In this document: positions 18,202 to 29,369 of the stretch, in pieces | How the letters are laid out: each line of letters starts with the position of its first letter | How positions within the stretch are numbered: the stretch's first letter is position 1 | Origin: Escherichia coli | GTDB taxonomy: Bacteria; Pseudomonadota; Gammaproteobacteria; Enterobacterales; Enterobacteriaceae | Assembly: GCF_024700885.2 (NCBI RefSeq) | Contig: NZ_CP117016.1 | DNA: 64,000 nucleotides | Strand: one strand, 5' to 3' | The notes under the pieces: generated by a model | The model's database searches: none | What the model saw: only the letters and a program-made list of their open reading frames with translations | What the model was told of the DNA's origin: nothing | Program-made: the position numbers and the translations under genes

Positions 18202-18945
18202 ATGACCACACCAAATCCACTGGCAAAAACGAAAGGTGCGGGAACGACGTTCTGGATGTACACCGGCAAGGGCGATGCGTTTGCGAACCCTTTATCGGAC
18301 ACTGACTGGCTGCGTCTTGCGATGGTGAAGGATCTGCAACCTGGCGAAATGACCGCTGATGCAGAAGATGACACTTATCTCGATGATGAAGATGCAGACT
18401 GGAAAACGACAACCCAGGGGCAGAAATCCGTCGGTGATACTTCGGCGACGCTGGCCTGGCGTCCGGGTGACAGCGGACAGAAAAAACTGGTTCAGTTGTT
18501 CGACTCCGGTGAAGTCTGCGCGTTTCGTATCAAATATCCCAACGGCACTGTTGATGTTTTCCGTGGCTGGCTGAGCTCACTGGGTAAAACCATTGCCTCA
18601 AAAGACGTGATGACCCGCACCGTGAAAATCAGCGGTGTGGGGCGTCCGTATCTGGCAGAGGAAGGCACTGAAACAGTGAGCGTTACCGGGCTGACGGTGG
18701 CACCGGCATCTGCCAGTGTAAAAGTGGGAGCAACCACCACGCTGACCTTTACAGTAAAACCTGACGGAGCCAGTGACAAAGCGATCAGTGTGCATTCGAC
18801 AGATCCACAGACTGCCACGGTGACCCTGAACGGGCTTGTGGCCACGGTGAAAGGCGTGAAGCAGGGCAGTGTCAGCATTGTGGGCATGACTTCTGACGGC
18901 GATTTTGTGGCAGTGGCTGCGGTGGCTGTCAGCGCCGCAGGTTAA
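18202..18945 (+). CDS. Major tail protein V with C-terminal Ig-like domain
   Basis: RBS AGGAGGTGG; gpV-like N-terminal region; C-terminal Big_2-like segment (VTGLTVAPASASVKVGATTTLTFTVKP). Confidence 0.8.
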   Translation: MTTPNPLAKTKGAGTTFWMYTGKGDAFANPLSDTDWLRLAMVKDLQPGEMTADAEDDTYLDDEDADWKTTTQGQKSVGDTSATLAWRPGDSGQKKLVQLFDSGEVCAFRIKYPNGTVDVFRGWLSSLGKTIASKDVMTRTVKISGVGRPYLAEEGTETVSVTGLTVAPASASVKVGATTTLTFTVKPDGASDKAISVHSTDPQTATVTLNGLVATVKGVKQGSVSIVGMTSDGDFVAVAAVAVSAAG

Positions 18946-18966
18946 CAGGACGCTACTCATCATTTG

Positions 18967-18990
18967 CCCCGGTTATCCGGGGCTTTTTTG
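18967..18990 (+). terminator. Hairpin plus T-run between V and G (partial terminator candidate)
   Basis: CCCCGGttatCCGGGG followed by CTTTTTTG. Confidence 0.5.
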
Positions 18991-19005
18991 CAGGTGGAGA
19001 ACATG

Positions 19006-19392
19006 ATGTTTCTGAAACAGGGCACGTTTAATTATGAAAAGCAGTCCGTGGTGCTCAGTGAGCTGTCCGGGCTGCAGAGAATTGAATATCTGGCGTTTGT
19101 TCAGCAGCGAACGGCAAAGTTTGATGCCGAAGAGGGAGAACTGCCGGAGGCTGAACGACAGATTGCTTTTCTGCGGATGGGGATGGATATCAATGCCTGG
19201 CTGGTTTCCCGCTCACTGTGGAATGCGGAACAGTCTCAGGATGTTGAGACGCTTTGCGCATCCGTTATTACAACATGGTCGTATGATGCCCTGGGAGCGG
19301 GGGCGGAGATGGTTCTGTCGCTGAGCGGTATGGGAGCCATTGAGAATGCCGGGGATTTGGAGCATGAGGTGCTGACGCCGGAAAAGTCCTGA
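19006..19392 (+). CDS. Tail assembly chaperone G
   Basis: MFLKQ...VVLSELSGLQRIEYLAF parallels the lambda G N-terminus (MFLKTE...VTLSELSALQRIEHLAL). Confidence 0.7.
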   Translation: MFLKQGTFNYEKQSVVLSELSGLQRIEYLAFVQQRTAKFDAEEGELPEAERQIAFLRMGMDINAWLVSRSLWNAEQSQDVETLCASVITTWSYDALGAGAEMVLSLSGMGAIENAGDLEHEVLTPEKS

Positions 19393-19730
19393 CGCGGGAA
19401 ATGCAGTTTGTCATGCGGCTTGCCCGGGAGTTCCGGCGGGCAGACTGGCGGCGGATGCTGTCGGAAATGTCGGCCACTGAGCTTGGTGAGTGGGGCGATT
19501 ATTTCCGGATGCAGAGCTTCAGTGATGTGTGGATGGATGCGCAGTTTGCCTCGCTGAAGGCATTGATCGTGAGAATGGTGTCCGGTAGCAGTGATGCTGC
19601 GGTGGCTGATTTCAGCCTTTTACCGGAAGAGAACGGGATACCGGAGCGAACGGACGAAGAACTGATGCATCTTGGGGAAGGTATTTCCGGAGGTGTGCGT
19701 TATGGACCAGATAGCCAACCTGGTCATTGA
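19006..19730 (+). CDS. Tail assembly chaperone GT (G-T fusion by -1 programmed frameshift near 19380-19386)
   Basis: T-frame ORF is open in the -1 frame across the end of G; candidate slippery heptamer GGAAAAG just before the G stop. Confidence 0.5.
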
Positions 19731-22700
19731 TTTGGGGATTGATGCGGCAGAGTTTAAAAATGAAATTCCCCGTATCAAAAACCTTCTGAATGGTGCAGCC
19801 AGCGATGCAGAACGGTCTTCTGCCCGTATGCAGCGTTTTATGGAGCGTCAGACTCAGGCCGCCCGGCAGACAATGCAGGCGGCTTCTTCGGCTGCAACAG
19901 CCGCATCCGTCCATGCGCAGACGGTGGAGAAGAGCGCACAGGCTCATGAACGCATGGCCCGCGAGGTGGAGCAAACCCGCCAGCGTATGGAGGCACTGAG
20001 CCAGAAAATGCGCGAGGAACAGGCGCAGGCCATGGCTCTGGCGGAGGCTCAGGATAAAGCGGCTGCCGCGTTTTATCGTCAGATTGACAGTGTGAAACAG
20101 GCCAGTGCGGGGCTGCAGGAATTACAGCGTATTCAGCAGCAGATCCGACAGGCCAGAAACAGTGGCGGGATTGGTCAGCAGGATTATCTGGCGCTGATTT
20201 CTGAGGTTACGGCGAAAACCCGTGTTCTTACGCAGGCTGAGGCAGAGGCTACCCGACAGAAAGTGGCGTTTATCCGTCAGCTTAAAGAGCAGGCAACCCG
20301 CCAGAATCTTTCTTCTTCTGAGTTGCTTCGTGCTAAGGCTGCCCAGCTGGGGGTAAGCAGTGCTGCAGAAGTGTATATCCGCAAAATGGAGCAGGCAGGA
20401 AAAGCCACACATTCGCTGGGTCTGAAAAGTGCAGCGGCCCGCCAGGAGATAGGCGTTCTGATAGGTGAACTGGCTCGCGGCAATTTAGGTGCGCTGAGGG
20501 GATCCGGGATAACGCTGGCTAACCGTGCCGGATGGATAGACACACTGATGTCACCGAAAGGCATGATGCTGGGCGGGGTTATTGGCGGTATTGCCGCGGC
20601 CGTCTATGGTCTGGGTAAAGCCTGGTATGATGGTCAGAAGGAGGGGGAAGAATTTAACCGCCAGTTGTCGCTGACGGGGCATTATGCCGGAGTCACTGCC
20701 GGGCAGCTGTGGACGCTCAGTCGTGCTATTTCCGGGAATGGTATTACGCAACATGCTGCAGCCGGTGCGCTGGCTCAGGTGGTGGGGAGTGGTGCATTTC
20801 GTGGAAACGATATCGGTATGGTGGCGAGAGCTGCCGCACAGATGGAGCGATCGGTTGGCCAGTCGGTCAGCGATACCATAAATCAGTTTAAGCGGCTGAA
20901 GGATGATCCTGTAAATGCCGCGAAGGCTCTGGACAATGAGCTGCATTTTCTTACTGCCACTCAGCTTGAGCAGATACGCGTCCTTGGGGAACAGGGGCGG
21001 TCCAGTGATGCGGCACGGATAGCCATGTCTGCACTGGCAGAGGAAACCGGTCGGCGTACTGCGGATATTGATAATAACCTCAATGCGCTGGGCAGTACGC
21101 TGAAGTATCTGTCTGATTTATGGAGTCGTTTCTGGGATGCGGCCATGAATATTGGTCGTGAAGACTCGCTGGATGAACAGATTGCCGCTTTACAGGAGAA
21201 AGTGTCGCGGGCGAAAAGACTCCCCTGGACGGCATCATCTTCTCAGGTTGAATACGATCAGCAGCGTCTTAACGATCTTCAGGAGAAAAAACGCCAGAAG
21301 GATTTGCAGGATGCAAAAGAGCAGGCAGAGCGGAATTATCAGGAGCAACAGAAACGCCGTAATGCTGAAAATGCTGCACTGAACCGGATGAATGAAACGG
21401 AAGCAGCACGACATCAGCGTGAAATTGCGCGTATTAATGCCATGCAGTACGCCGATCAGGCTGTCAGGGATGCGGCGATACAACGTGAAAATGAACGTTA
21501 CGAGAAAGCCCTGGCATCCGGTAAGAAAAAAACACGCGAACCCCGTAATGATGAGGCCACCCGGTTATTGCTGCAGTACAGTCAGCAACAGGCACAGGTG
21601 GAAGGACAGATTGCTGCTGCCAGACAGTCAGCAGGCATTGCCACGGAAAGGATGACAGAAGCGCATAAACAGCTTCTGGCTCTGCAGCAGCGCATCAGCG
21701 ACCTGGACGGGAAAAAACTGACGGCAGATGAAAAGAGTGTGCTGGCCCGTAAAGATGAACTGATTCAGGCACTGACGCTGCTGGATGTAAAACAGCAGGA
21801 GCTTCAGAAACAGACGGCACTCAACGAGCTGAAGAAAAAAACAATTCAGCTGACCAGTCAACTGGCTGAAGAAGAGCGCGCTCAGCGTCAGCAACATGAC
21901 CTGGATATCGCCACGGTGGGTATGGGTGATCAGCAGCGGCAGCGATATCAGGTACAACTGAGTCTTCGCCAGAAATACCAGCAACAGCTGGAGCAGTTGA
22001 GGCGGGATAGTGAGCAGAAAGGAACATATAACACGGATGACTACAGAAAGGCCGAGCAGGCGCTGACGGAGAGCCTGAACCGACAACTGAATGAGAATCG
22101 CCGTTACTGGCAACAGCTTGAAGTTGTGCAGGGTAACTGGAAAAACGGAGTCCTGCGTGCATTTCAGGATTTTACCGTGGATGCAGATAATACGGCAGGA
22201 ACAGCAGAACAGGTGTTCTCGTCAGCCTTCAGCAACATGGGAAATGGCCTGGCAACTTTTGTCACTACCGGCAAACTCAATTTCAAATCCTTCACCTCTT
22301 CTGTGCTGTCAGATATGGCGAAAATCCTGGCGCAGGCAACCATGATGAAATCGATAAAAGGGATTGGCAGTGTACTGGGATTTGATCTCAGCAGCCTTTC
22401 CCTGAATGCCAATGGGGGGATTTATCAGTCTGCTGATTTGAGTCGTTACAGTGGCACGGTGGTTAACCGTCCGACGTTTTTTGCTTTTGCAAAAGGCGCG
22501 GGTGTGATGGGGGAAGCTGGACCTGAAGCCATTCTGCCACTGCGTCGTGATGCTGACGGTAAGCTGGGGGTTGTGGCGGATATTGGTGGTTCAGGTATGG
22601 CGATGTTTGCCCCGCAGTACAACATAGAGATCAATAACGATGGCACGAACGGGCAGATAGGTCCGGCTGCCCTGAAGGTGGTTTATGACCTCGGGAAAAA

Positions 22701-22767
22701 AGCAGCAGCGGACTTTATGCAACAGCAGGCCCGTGATGGTGGTCGGTTAAGTGGAGCATATCGGTAA
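19702..22767 (+). CDS. Tail tape measure protein H
   Basis: 1021 aa, coiled-coil-rich Ala/Gln/Arg sequence; RBS GGAGG; position after G/T. Confidence 0.85.
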   Translation: MDQIANLVIDLGIDAAEFKNEIPRIKNLLNGAASDAERSSARMQRFMERQTQAARQTMQAASSAATAASVHAQTVEKSAQAHERMAREVEQTRQRMEALSQKMREEQAQAMALAEAQDKAAAAFYRQIDSVKQASAGLQELQRIQQQIRQARNSGGIGQQDYLALISEVTAKTRVLTQAEAEATRQKVAFIRQLKEQATRQNLSSSELLRAKAAQLGVSSAAEVYIRKMEQAGKATHSLGLKSAAARQEIGVLIGELARGNLGALRGSGITLANRAGWIDTLMSPKGMMLGGVIGGIAAAVYGLGKAWYDGQKEGEEFNRQLSLTGHYAGVTAGQLWTLSRAISGNGITQHAAAGALAQVVGSGAFRGNDIGMVARAAAQMERSVGQSVSDTINQFKRLKDDPVNAAKALDNELHFLTATQLEQIRVLGEQGRSSDAARIAMSALAEETGRRTADIDNNLNALGSTLKYLSDLWSRFWDAAMNIGREDSLDEQIAALQEKVSRAKRLPWTASSSQVEYDQQRLNDLQEKKRQKDLQDAKEQAERNYQEQQKRRNAENAALNRMNETEAARHQREIARINAMQYADQAVRDAAIQRENERYEKALASGKKKTREPRNDEATRLLLQYSQQQAQVEGQIAAARQSAGIATERMTEAHKQLLALQQRISDLDGKKLTADEKSVLARKDELIQALTLLDVKQQELQKQTALNELKKKTIQLTSQLAEEERAQRQQHDLDIATVGMGDQQRQRYQVQLSLRQKYQQQLEQLRRDSEQKGTYNTDDYRKAEQALTESLNRQLNENRRYWQQLEVVQGNWKNGVLRAFQDFTVDADNTAGTAEQVFSSAFSNMGNGLATFVTTGKLNFKSFTSSVLSDMAKILAQATMMKSIKGIGSVLGFDLSSLSLNANGGIYQSADLSRYSGTVVNRPTFFAFAKGAGVMGEAGPEAILPLRRDADGKLGVVADIGGSGMAMFAPQYNIEINNDGTNGQIGPAALKVVYDLGKKAAADFMQQQARDGGRLSGAYR

Positions 22768-23096
22768 TGGAGACGTTTCACTGGAAAGTGCGCCCGGATA
22801 TGAATGTGGTATCAGAGCCGAAAGTGGTGACAGTGAAGCTGGGCGATGGTTATGAACAGCGTCGTGCGGCGGGACTGAATAACCAGTTGTCGACTTACAG
22901 CGTGACGATACGTGTTCGTAAATGTGAACACCCATCTTTAAAAGCCTTTCTGGAACGGCACAGTGGCGTCCGCGCATTTCAGTGGACGCCACCTTATGAC
23001 TGGAAGCCGATCAGGGTGGTTTGTCGTAAATGGTCGGCAAGCGTGGGGGCGCTGTGGGTAACCATAACGGCAGATTTTGAACAGGTCGTGGCATAG
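22767..23096 (+). CDS. Minor tail protein M
   Basis: 109 aa, lambda gpM-like size and position. Confidence 0.8.
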   Translation: METFHWKVRPDMNVVSEPKVVTVKLGDGYEQRRAAGLNNQLSTYSVTIRVRKCEHPSLKAFLERHSGVRAFQWTPPYDWKPIRVVCRKWSASVGALWVTITADFEQVVA

Positions 23097-23105
23097 GAGG
23101 CCCTG

Positions 23106-23804
23106 ATGCAGGATATTCCACAGGAAACACATCATGAGACGACACGCCTCACTCAGTCAGCCCAGGTGGTGCTCTGGGAAATCGATCTGACAGAGGTCGG
23201 TGGTGAACGTTATTTTTTCTGTAATGAGCAGAACGAAAAAGGTGAGCCGGTCACCTGGCAGGGGCGGCAGTATCAGGCATACCCCATTCAGGGGACAGGA
23301 TTTGAACTGAACGGCAAGGGCAGTGCTGCCCGTCCGACACTGACGGTTTCTAACCTGCACGGTATGGTCACCGGTATGGCGGAAGATCTGCAGAGTCTGG
23401 TCGGCGGAACGGTGGTCCGGCGTAAGGTTTACGCCCGTTTTCTGGATGCGGTGAACTTCGTCAACGGAAACAGTGATGCCGACCCGGAGCAGGAGGTGAT
23501 CAGCAGCTGGCGCATCGAGCAGTGCAGTGAACTGAGTGCGGTCAGTGCTTCTTTTGTACTGTCCACGCCGACGGAAACGGATGGCGCTGTTTTTCCGGGG
23601 CGTATCATGCTGGCCAACACCTGCACCTGGACCTATCGCGGTGATGAGTGCGGTTATAACGGTCCGGCTGTCGCGGATGAATATGACCAGCCGACGTCCG
23701 ATATCACGAAGGATAAATGCAGCAAATGCCTGAGCGGCTGTAAGTTTCGCAATAACGTCGGCAACTTTGGCGGTTACCTTTCCATTAACAAACTTTCGCA
23801 GTAA
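23106..23804 (+). CDS. Minor tail protein L
   Basis: 232 aa with C-terminal Cys cluster (CTWTYRGDECGY...CSKCLSGCKFRNN) as in lambda L. Confidence 0.8.
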   Translation: MQDIPQETHHETTRLTQSAQVVLWEIDLTEVGGERYFFCNEQNEKGEPVTWQGRQYQAYPIQGTGFELNGKGSAARPTLTVSNLHGMVTGMAEDLQSLVGGTVVRRKVYARFLDAVNFVNGNSDADPEQEVISSWRIEQCSELSAVSASFVLSTPTETDGAVFPGRIMLANTCTWTYRGDECGYNGPAVADEYDQPTSDITKDKCSKCLSGCKFRNNVGNFGGYLSINKLSQ

Positions 23805-23809
23805 ATCCC

Positions 23810-24553
23810 ATGACAGAGACAGAATCAGCGATTCTGGCGCACGCCCGGCGATGTGCGCCAGCGGAGTCGTGCGGCTTCGTGGTGAGAACGCCGGAGGGAG
23901 AAAGATATTTTCCCTGCGTGAATATCTCCGGTGAGCCGGAGGCGTATTTCCGGATGGCTCCGGAGGACTGGCTGCGGGCAGAAATGCAGGGTGAGATTGT
24001 GGCGCTGGTCCACAGTCACCCCGGTGGTCTGCCCTGGCTGAGTGAGGCCGATCGGCGGCTGCAGGTGCAGAGTGATTTGCCGTGGTGGCTGGTCTGCCGC
24101 GGGGCGATTCACAAGTTCCGCTGTGTGCCACATCTTACCGGGCGGCGCTTTGAGCACGGGGTGACGGACTGTTACACGCTGTTCCGGGATGCATACCATC
24201 TGGCGGGAATTGAGATGCCGGATTTTCATCGCGGAGATGACTGGTGGCGTAACGGCCAGAATCTCTATCTTGACAATATGGAGGCGACTGGTTTTTACCG
24301 TGTCGCACTGACAGAGGCGCAGCCGGGCGATGTGCTGCTGTGCTGTTTTGGTTCATCGGTGCCGAATCATGCCGCCATTTACTGTGGTGATGGCGAGCTG
24401 CTGCACCATATTCCTGAACAACTGAGCAAACGAGAGAGGTATACCGACAAATGGCAGCGACGCACACACTCCCTCTGGCGTCACCGGGCATGGCACGCAT
24501 CTGCCTTTACGGGGATTTACAACGATTTGGCCGCCGCATCGACCTTCGTGTGA
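23810..24553 (+). CDS. Tail assembly protein K (JAB/MPN + NlpC/P60)
   Basis: JAMM motif VALVHSHPGG...SEAD and NlpC/P60-like Cys/His region (DCYTLF...HAAIY). Confidence 0.8.
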   Translation: MTETESAILAHARRCAPAESCGFVVRTPEGERYFPCVNISGEPEAYFRMAPEDWLRAEMQGEIVALVHSHPGGLPWLSEADRRLQVQSDLPWWLVCRGAIHKFRCVPHLTGRRFEHGVTDCYTLFRDAYHLAGIEMPDFHRGDDWWRNGQNLYLDNMEATGFYRVALTEAQPGDVLLCCFGSSVPNHAAIYCGDGELLHHIPEQLSKRERYTDKWQRRTHSLWRHRAWHASAFTGIYNDLAAASTFV

Positions 24554-25098
24554 AAACGGGGGCTGAAGCCATCCGGGCGCTGGCCACGCAGCTTCCGTCG
24601 TTTCGCCAGAAACTGAATGAGGGCTGGTATCAGGTGCGCATTGCCGGGCGTGATGCAGGCGAAAATGAATTATCTGCCCGTCTTAATGAGCCGCTGGAAA
24701 ATGGTGCCGTGATTCACATCGTGCCGCGTATGGCGGGAGCTAAAAGTGGCGGTGTGTTTCAGGTGGTGCTGGGGGCGGCGCTGATTGCGGTGGCATGGTG
24801 GAACCCTGTGGGCTGGCTGGGTGCTGCGGCTGTATCGGGCATGTATGCGGCAGGGGCCAGTATGATTCTGGGTGGTGTGGCCCAGATGCTGGCACCGAAA
24901 GCCAGGACGCCCACGGCAGCCAGTACAGATAACGGCAAACAGAACACCTATTTCTCCTCACTGGATAACATGGTTGCTCAGGGCAATGTTCTGCCTGTTC
25001 TGTACGGTGAAATGCGTGTGGGGTCGCGGGTGGTTTCTCAGGAGATCAGCACGGCAGACGAAGGTGACGGTGGTCAGGTTGTGGTGATTGGTCGCTGA
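24451..25098 (+). CDS. Tail assembly protein I
   Basis: MAATHTLPLASPGMARICLYGDLQRFGRRIDLRV... and C-terminus ...NGKQNTYFSSLDNMVAQGNVLPVLYGEMRVGSRVVSQEI match lambda I; overlaps K as in lambda. Confidence 0.75.
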   Translation: MAATHTLPLASPGMARICLYGDLQRFGRRIDLRVKTGAEAIRALATQLPSFRQKLNEGWYQVRIAGRDAGENELSARLNEPLENGAVIHIVPRMAGAKSGGVFQVVLGAALIAVAWWNPVGWLGAAAVSGMYAAGASMILGGVAQMLAPKARTPTAASTDNGKQNTYFSSLDNMVAQGNVLPVLYGEMRVGSRVVSQEISTADEGDGGQVVVIGR

Positions 25099-25158
25099 TG
25101 CAAAATGTTTTATGTGAAACCGCCTGCGGGCGGTTTTGTCGTTTATGGAGCATGACGA

Positions 25159-28100
25159 ATGGGTAAAGGCAGCAGTAAGGGGCATACCCCGCGCGAAGCG
25201 AAGGACAACCTGAAGTCCACGCAGTTGCTGAGTGTGATCGATGCCATCAGCGAAGGGCCGGTTGAAGGTCCGGTGGATGGGTTAAAAAGCGTGCTGCTGA
25301 ACAGTACGCCGGTGCTGGACAGTGAGGGGAATACCAATATCTCCGGTGTCACGGTGGTGTTCCGGGCAGGTGAGCAGGAGCAGACACCGCCGGAGGGGTT
25401 TGAATCCTCCGGTTCCGAGACGGTGCTGGGTACGGAAGTGAAATATGACACGCCGATCACCCGCACCATCACGTCGGCAAACATCGACCGTCTGCGCTTT
25501 ACTTTCGGCGTGCAGGCACTGGTGGAAACCACCTCAAAGGGTGACAGGAATCCGTCGGAAGTCCGTCTGCTGGTTCAGATACAACGTAACGGTGGCTGGG
25601 TGACGGAAAAAGACATCACCATTAAGGGCAAAACCACCTCGCAGTATCTGGCCTCGGTGGTGGTGGATAATCTGCCGCCGCGCCCGTTTAATATCCGGAT
25701 GCGCAGGATGACGCCGGACAGCACCACAGACCAGCTGCAGAACAAAACGCTCTGGTCGTCATACACCGAAATCATCGATGTGAAACAGTGCTACCCGAAC
25801 ACGGCACTGGTCGGCGTGCAGGTGGATTCGGAGCAGTTCGGCAGCCAGCAGGTGAGCCGTAATTATCATCTTCGCGGGCGCATTCTGCAGGTGCCGTCGA
25901 ATTATAACCCGCAGACGCGGCAATACAGCGGTATCTGGGACGGAACGTTAAAACCGGCATACAGCAACAACATGGCCTGGTGTCTGTGGGATATGCTGAC
26001 CCACCCGCGCTACGGCATGGGGAAACGTCTTGGTGCGGCAGATGTGGATAAATGGGCGCTGTATGTCATCGGCCAGAATTGCGACCAGTCAGTGCCGGAC
26101 GGCTTTGGCGGCACGGAGCCGCGCATCACCTGTAATGCGTACCTGACCACACAGCGCAAGGCGTGGGATGTGCTCAGTGATTTCTGCTCGGCGATGCGCT
26201 GTATGCCGGTATGGAACGGGCAGACGCTGACGTTCGTGCAGGACCGACCGTCGGATAAGGTGTGGACCTATAACCGCAGTAATGTGGTGATGCCGGATGA
26301 TGGCGCGCCGTTCCGCTACAGCTTCAGCGCCCTGAAGGACCGCCATAATGCCGTTGAGGTGAACTGGATTGACCCGAACAACGGCTGGGAGACGGCGACA
26401 GAGCTTGTTGAAGATACGCAGGCCATTGCCCGTTACGGTCGTAACGTCACGAAGATGGATGCCTTTGGCTGTACCAGCCGGGGGCAGGCGCACCGCGCCG
26501 GGCTGTGGCTGATTAAAACGGAACTGCTGGAAACGCAGACCGTGGACTTCAGCGTGGGTGCGGAAGGGCTTCGCCATGTACCGGGGGATGTCATTGAAAT
26601 CTGCGATGATGACTATGCGGGTATCAGCATCGGCGGGCGCGTGCTGGCGGTGAACAGCCAGACCCGGACGCTGACGCTCGACCGTGAAATCACGCTGCCA
26701 TCCTCCGGTACCACGCTGATAAGCCTGGTTGACGGAAGTGGCAATCCGGTCAGCGTGGAGGTCCAGTCCGTCACCGACGGCGTGAAGGTAAAAGTGAGCC
26801 GTGTTCCTGACGGCGTTGCCGGATACAGCGTGTGGGGGCTGAAGCTGCCGACGCTGCGCCAGCGCCTGTTCCGCTGCGTGAGTATCCGTGAGAACGATGA
26901 CGGCACGTATGCCATCACCGCCGTGCAGCATGTACCGGAAAAAGAGGCCATCGTGGATAACGGGGCGCACTTTGACGGCGACCAGAGCGGCACGGTGAAT
27001 GGTGTCACGCCGCCAGCAGTGCAGCATCTGACCGCCGAAGTCACTGCAGACAGCGGGGAATATCAGGTGCTGGCGCGATGGGACACGCCGAAGGTGGTGA
27101 AGGGCGTGAGCTTCCTGCTTCGCCTGACCGTGGCAGCGGATGACGGCAGTGAGCGGCTGGTCAGCACGGCCCGGACGGCGGAAACCACATACCGCTTCAC
27201 GCAACTGGCGCTGGGACGGTACACGCTGACAGTCCGGGCGGTAAATGCGTGGGGACAGCAGGGCGATCCGGCGTCGGTATCGTTCAGGATTGCCGCACCG
27301 GTAGCACCGTCGCGGATTGAGCTGACGCCGGGCTATTTTCAGATAACTGCCACGCCGCATCTTGCGGTTTATGATCCGACGGTACAGTTTGAGTTCTGGT
27401 TCTCGGAAAAGCGGATTGCGGATATCAGGCAGGTTGAAACCACAGCCCGCTATCTTGGCACGGCGCTGTACTGGATAGCTGCCAGTATCAATATCAAACC
27501 GGGCCATGATTATTATTTTTACATCCGCAGTGTGAACACCGTTGGCAAATCGGCATTTGTGGAGGCTGTTGGCCAGCCGAGTGATGATGCATCCGGCTAT
27601 CTGGATTTTTTCAAAGGCGAGATAGGGAAAAGCCATCTGGCTCAGGAGCTGTGGACGCAGATTGATAACGGTCAGCTTGCGCCTGACCTGGCTGAAATCA
27701 GGACGTCCATTACGGATGTCAGCAATGAAATCACGCAGACCGTCAATAAGAAACTGGAAGACCAGAGTGCGGCAATTCAGCAGATACAGAAGGTTCAGGT
27801 TGATACAAATAATAACCTGAACAGCATGTGGGCTGTGAAGCTGCAGCAGATGCAGGACGGACGCCTTTATATCGCGGGTATTGGTGCCGGTATTGAGAAC
27901 ACCCCTGACGGCATGCAGAGTCAGGTGCTGCTGGCGGCGGACAGGATTGCGATGGTTAATCCTGCGAATGGCAACACAAAGCCGATGTTTGTTGGTCAGG
28001 GCGATCAGATATTCATGAACGAAGTGTTCCTGAAATATCTGACGGCTCCCACCATTACCAGCGGCGGTAATCCTCCGGCATTTTCCCTGACACCGGACGG

Positions 28101-28638
28101 GCGGCTGACGGCGAAAAATGCCGATATCAGCGGTAGCGTGAATGCGAACTCCGGGACGCTCAACAACGTCACGATTAACGAGAACTGTCGGGTTCTGGGA
28201 AAACTGTCCGCGAACCAGATTGAAGGCGATCTCGTTAAAACAGTGGGCAAAGCTTTCCCCCGGGACTCCCGTGCACCGGAGCGGTGGCCATCAGGGACCA
28301 TTACCGTCAGGGTTTATGACGATCAGCCGTTTGACCGGCAAATTGTTATTCCAGCGGTGGCTTTCAGCGGTGCCAGACATGAACGGGAGAATAGCGATAC
28401 TTATTCGTCATGCCGCCTGATAGTGAAGAAAAACGGGGCTGAAATTTATAACCGAACGGCTCTGGATAATACTCTGATTTACACGGGTGTTATTGATATG
28501 CCTGCAGGCAGTGGCGTAATGACACTGGAGTTTTCTGTATCAGCATGGTGGGTAAATGGCTGGTATCCCACAGCAAGTATCAGCGATTTGCTGGTTGTTG
28601 TGATGAAGAAAGCCACTGCAGGCATCACGATTAGCTGA
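25159..28638 (+). CDS. Host specificity / central tail fibre protein J
   Basis: 1159 aa, lambda J-like size and position. Confidence 0.85.
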   Translation: MGKGSSKGHTPREAKDNLKSTQLLSVIDAISEGPVEGPVDGLKSVLLNSTPVLDSEGNTNISGVTVVFRAGEQEQTPPEGFESSGSETVLGTEVKYDTPITRTITSANIDRLRFTFGVQALVETTSKGDRNPSEVRLLVQIQRNGGWVTEKDITIKGKTTSQYLASVVVDNLPPRPFNIRMRRMTPDSTTDQLQNKTLWSSYTEIIDVKQCYPNTALVGVQVDSEQFGSQQVSRNYHLRGRILQVPSNYNPQTRQYSGIWDGTLKPAYSNNMAWCLWDMLTHPRYGMGKRLGAADVDKWALYVIGQNCDQSVPDGFGGTEPRITCNAYLTTQRKAWDVLSDFCSAMRCMPVWNGQTLTFVQDRPSDKVWTYNRSNVVMPDDGAPFRYSFSALKDRHNAVEVNWIDPNNGWETATELVEDTQAIARYGRNVTKMDAFGCTSRGQAHRAGLWLIKTELLETQTVDFSVGAEGLRHVPGDVIEICDDDYAGISIGGRVLAVNSQTRTLTLDREITLPSSGTTLISLVDGSGNPVSVEVQSVTDGVKVKVSRVPDGVAGYSVWGLKLPTLRQRLFRCVSIRENDDGTYAITAVQHVPEKEAIVDNGAHFDGDQSGTVNGVTPPAVQHLTAEVTADSGEYQVLARWDTPKVVKGVSFLLRLTVAADDGSERLVSTARTAETTYRFTQLALGRYTLTVRAVNAWGQQGDPASVSFRIAAPVAPSRIELTPGYFQITATPHLAVYDPTVQFEFWFSEKRIADIRQVETTARYLGTALYWIAASINIKPGHDYYFYIRSVNTVGKSAFVEAVGQPSDDASGYLDFFKGEIGKSHLAQELWTQIDNGQLAPDLAEIRTSITDVSNEITQTVNKKLEDQSAAIQQIQKVQVDTNNNLNSMWAVKLQQMQDGRLYIAGIGAGIENTPDGMQSQVLLAADRIAMVNPANGNTKPMFVGQGDQIFMNEVFLKYLTAPTITSGGNPPAFSLTPDGRLTAKNADISGSVNANSGTLNNVTINENCRVLGKLSANQIEGDLVKTVGKAFPRDSRAPERWPSGTITVRVYDDQPFDRQIVIPAVAFSGARHERENSDTYSSCRLIVKKNGAEIYNRTALDNTLIYTGVIDMPAGSGVMTLEFSVSAWWVNGWYPTASISDLLVVVMKKATAGITIS

Positions 28639-28656
28639 ATTTTATAACCCAGATAC

Positions 28657-28684
28657 GGGCGCCAGAAATGGCGCCTTTTTTATT
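28657..28684 (+). terminator. Rho-independent terminator after J
   Basis: GGCGCCagaaatGGCGCC followed by TTTTTTATT. Confidence 0.6.
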
Positions 28685-28705
28685 GCAGAAAAGCGAGAGG
28701 TAATT

Positions 28706-29305
28706 ATGCGTAAATTATGTGCTGTTATTCTGTCCACAGTAGTCTGGCTGGTCGCCGCTGGTACGCCAGCGAGCGCAGCAGAGCATCAGTCCACACTAAG
28801 CGCCGGGTATCTTCAGACCCATACTGATATGCCCGGCAACGATGACCTGAAGGGCATTAACGTGAAATACCGTTATGAATTTACGGACACGCTGGGGCTG
28901 GTGACGTCATTCAGTTATGCCAATGCCAAAGATGAGCAAAAAACGCATTACAGCGATACCCGCTGGCATGAAGATTCAGTGCGTAACCGCTGGTTCAGCA
29001 TGATGGCGGGGCCGTCTGTACGCGTGAATGAATGGTTCAGTGCTTATGCGATGGCAGGTGTGGCTTACAGCCGTGTTTCGACTTTTTCCGGGGATTATCT
29101 CCGCGTAACTGACAGCAAGGGGAAAACGCACGATGTGCTGACCGGAAGTGATGACGGTCGCCACAGCAACACGTCTCTGGCGTGGGGGGCTGGCGTGCAG
29201 TTTAACCCGACCGAATCCGTGGCCATTGATATTGCTTATGAAGGCTCCGGCAGTGGTGACTGGCGCACTGACGGTTTCATCGTGGGTGTCGGTTATAAAT
29301 TCTGA
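28706..29305 (+). CDS. lom: Lom outer-membrane protein (Ail/Lom family)
   Basis: Signal peptide then beta-barrel pattern, C-terminal aromatic residue (GVGYKF). Confidence 0.8.
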   Translation: MRKLCAVILSTVVWLVAAGTPASAAEHQSTLSAGYLQTHTDMPGNDDLKGINVKYRYEFTDTLGLVTSFSYANAKDEQKTHYSDTRWHEDSVRNRWFSMMAGPSVRVNEWFSAYAMAGVAYSRVSTFSGDYLRVTDSKGKTHDVLTGSDDGRHSNTSLAWGAGVQFNPTESVAIDIAYEGSGSGDWRTDGFIVGVGYKF

Positions 29306-29331
29306 TTAGCCAGGTAACACAGTGTTATGAC

Positions 29332-29358
29332 AGCCCGCCGGTTCAGGCGGGCTTTTTT
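29332..29358 (+). terminator. Rho-independent terminator after lom
   Basis: AGCCCGCCggttcaGGCGGGCT followed by TTTTTTG. Confidence 0.6.
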
Positions 29359-29369
29359 GTGGAGTGGAT

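Noticed and set aside
26089-27636. 515-aa minus-strand ORF inside the J gene
   Set aside because: Antisense shadow ORF within a long GC-rich coding region; Arg/Pro/His-rich low-complexity translation, no ribosome-binding site, fully contained in the well-supported J frame.
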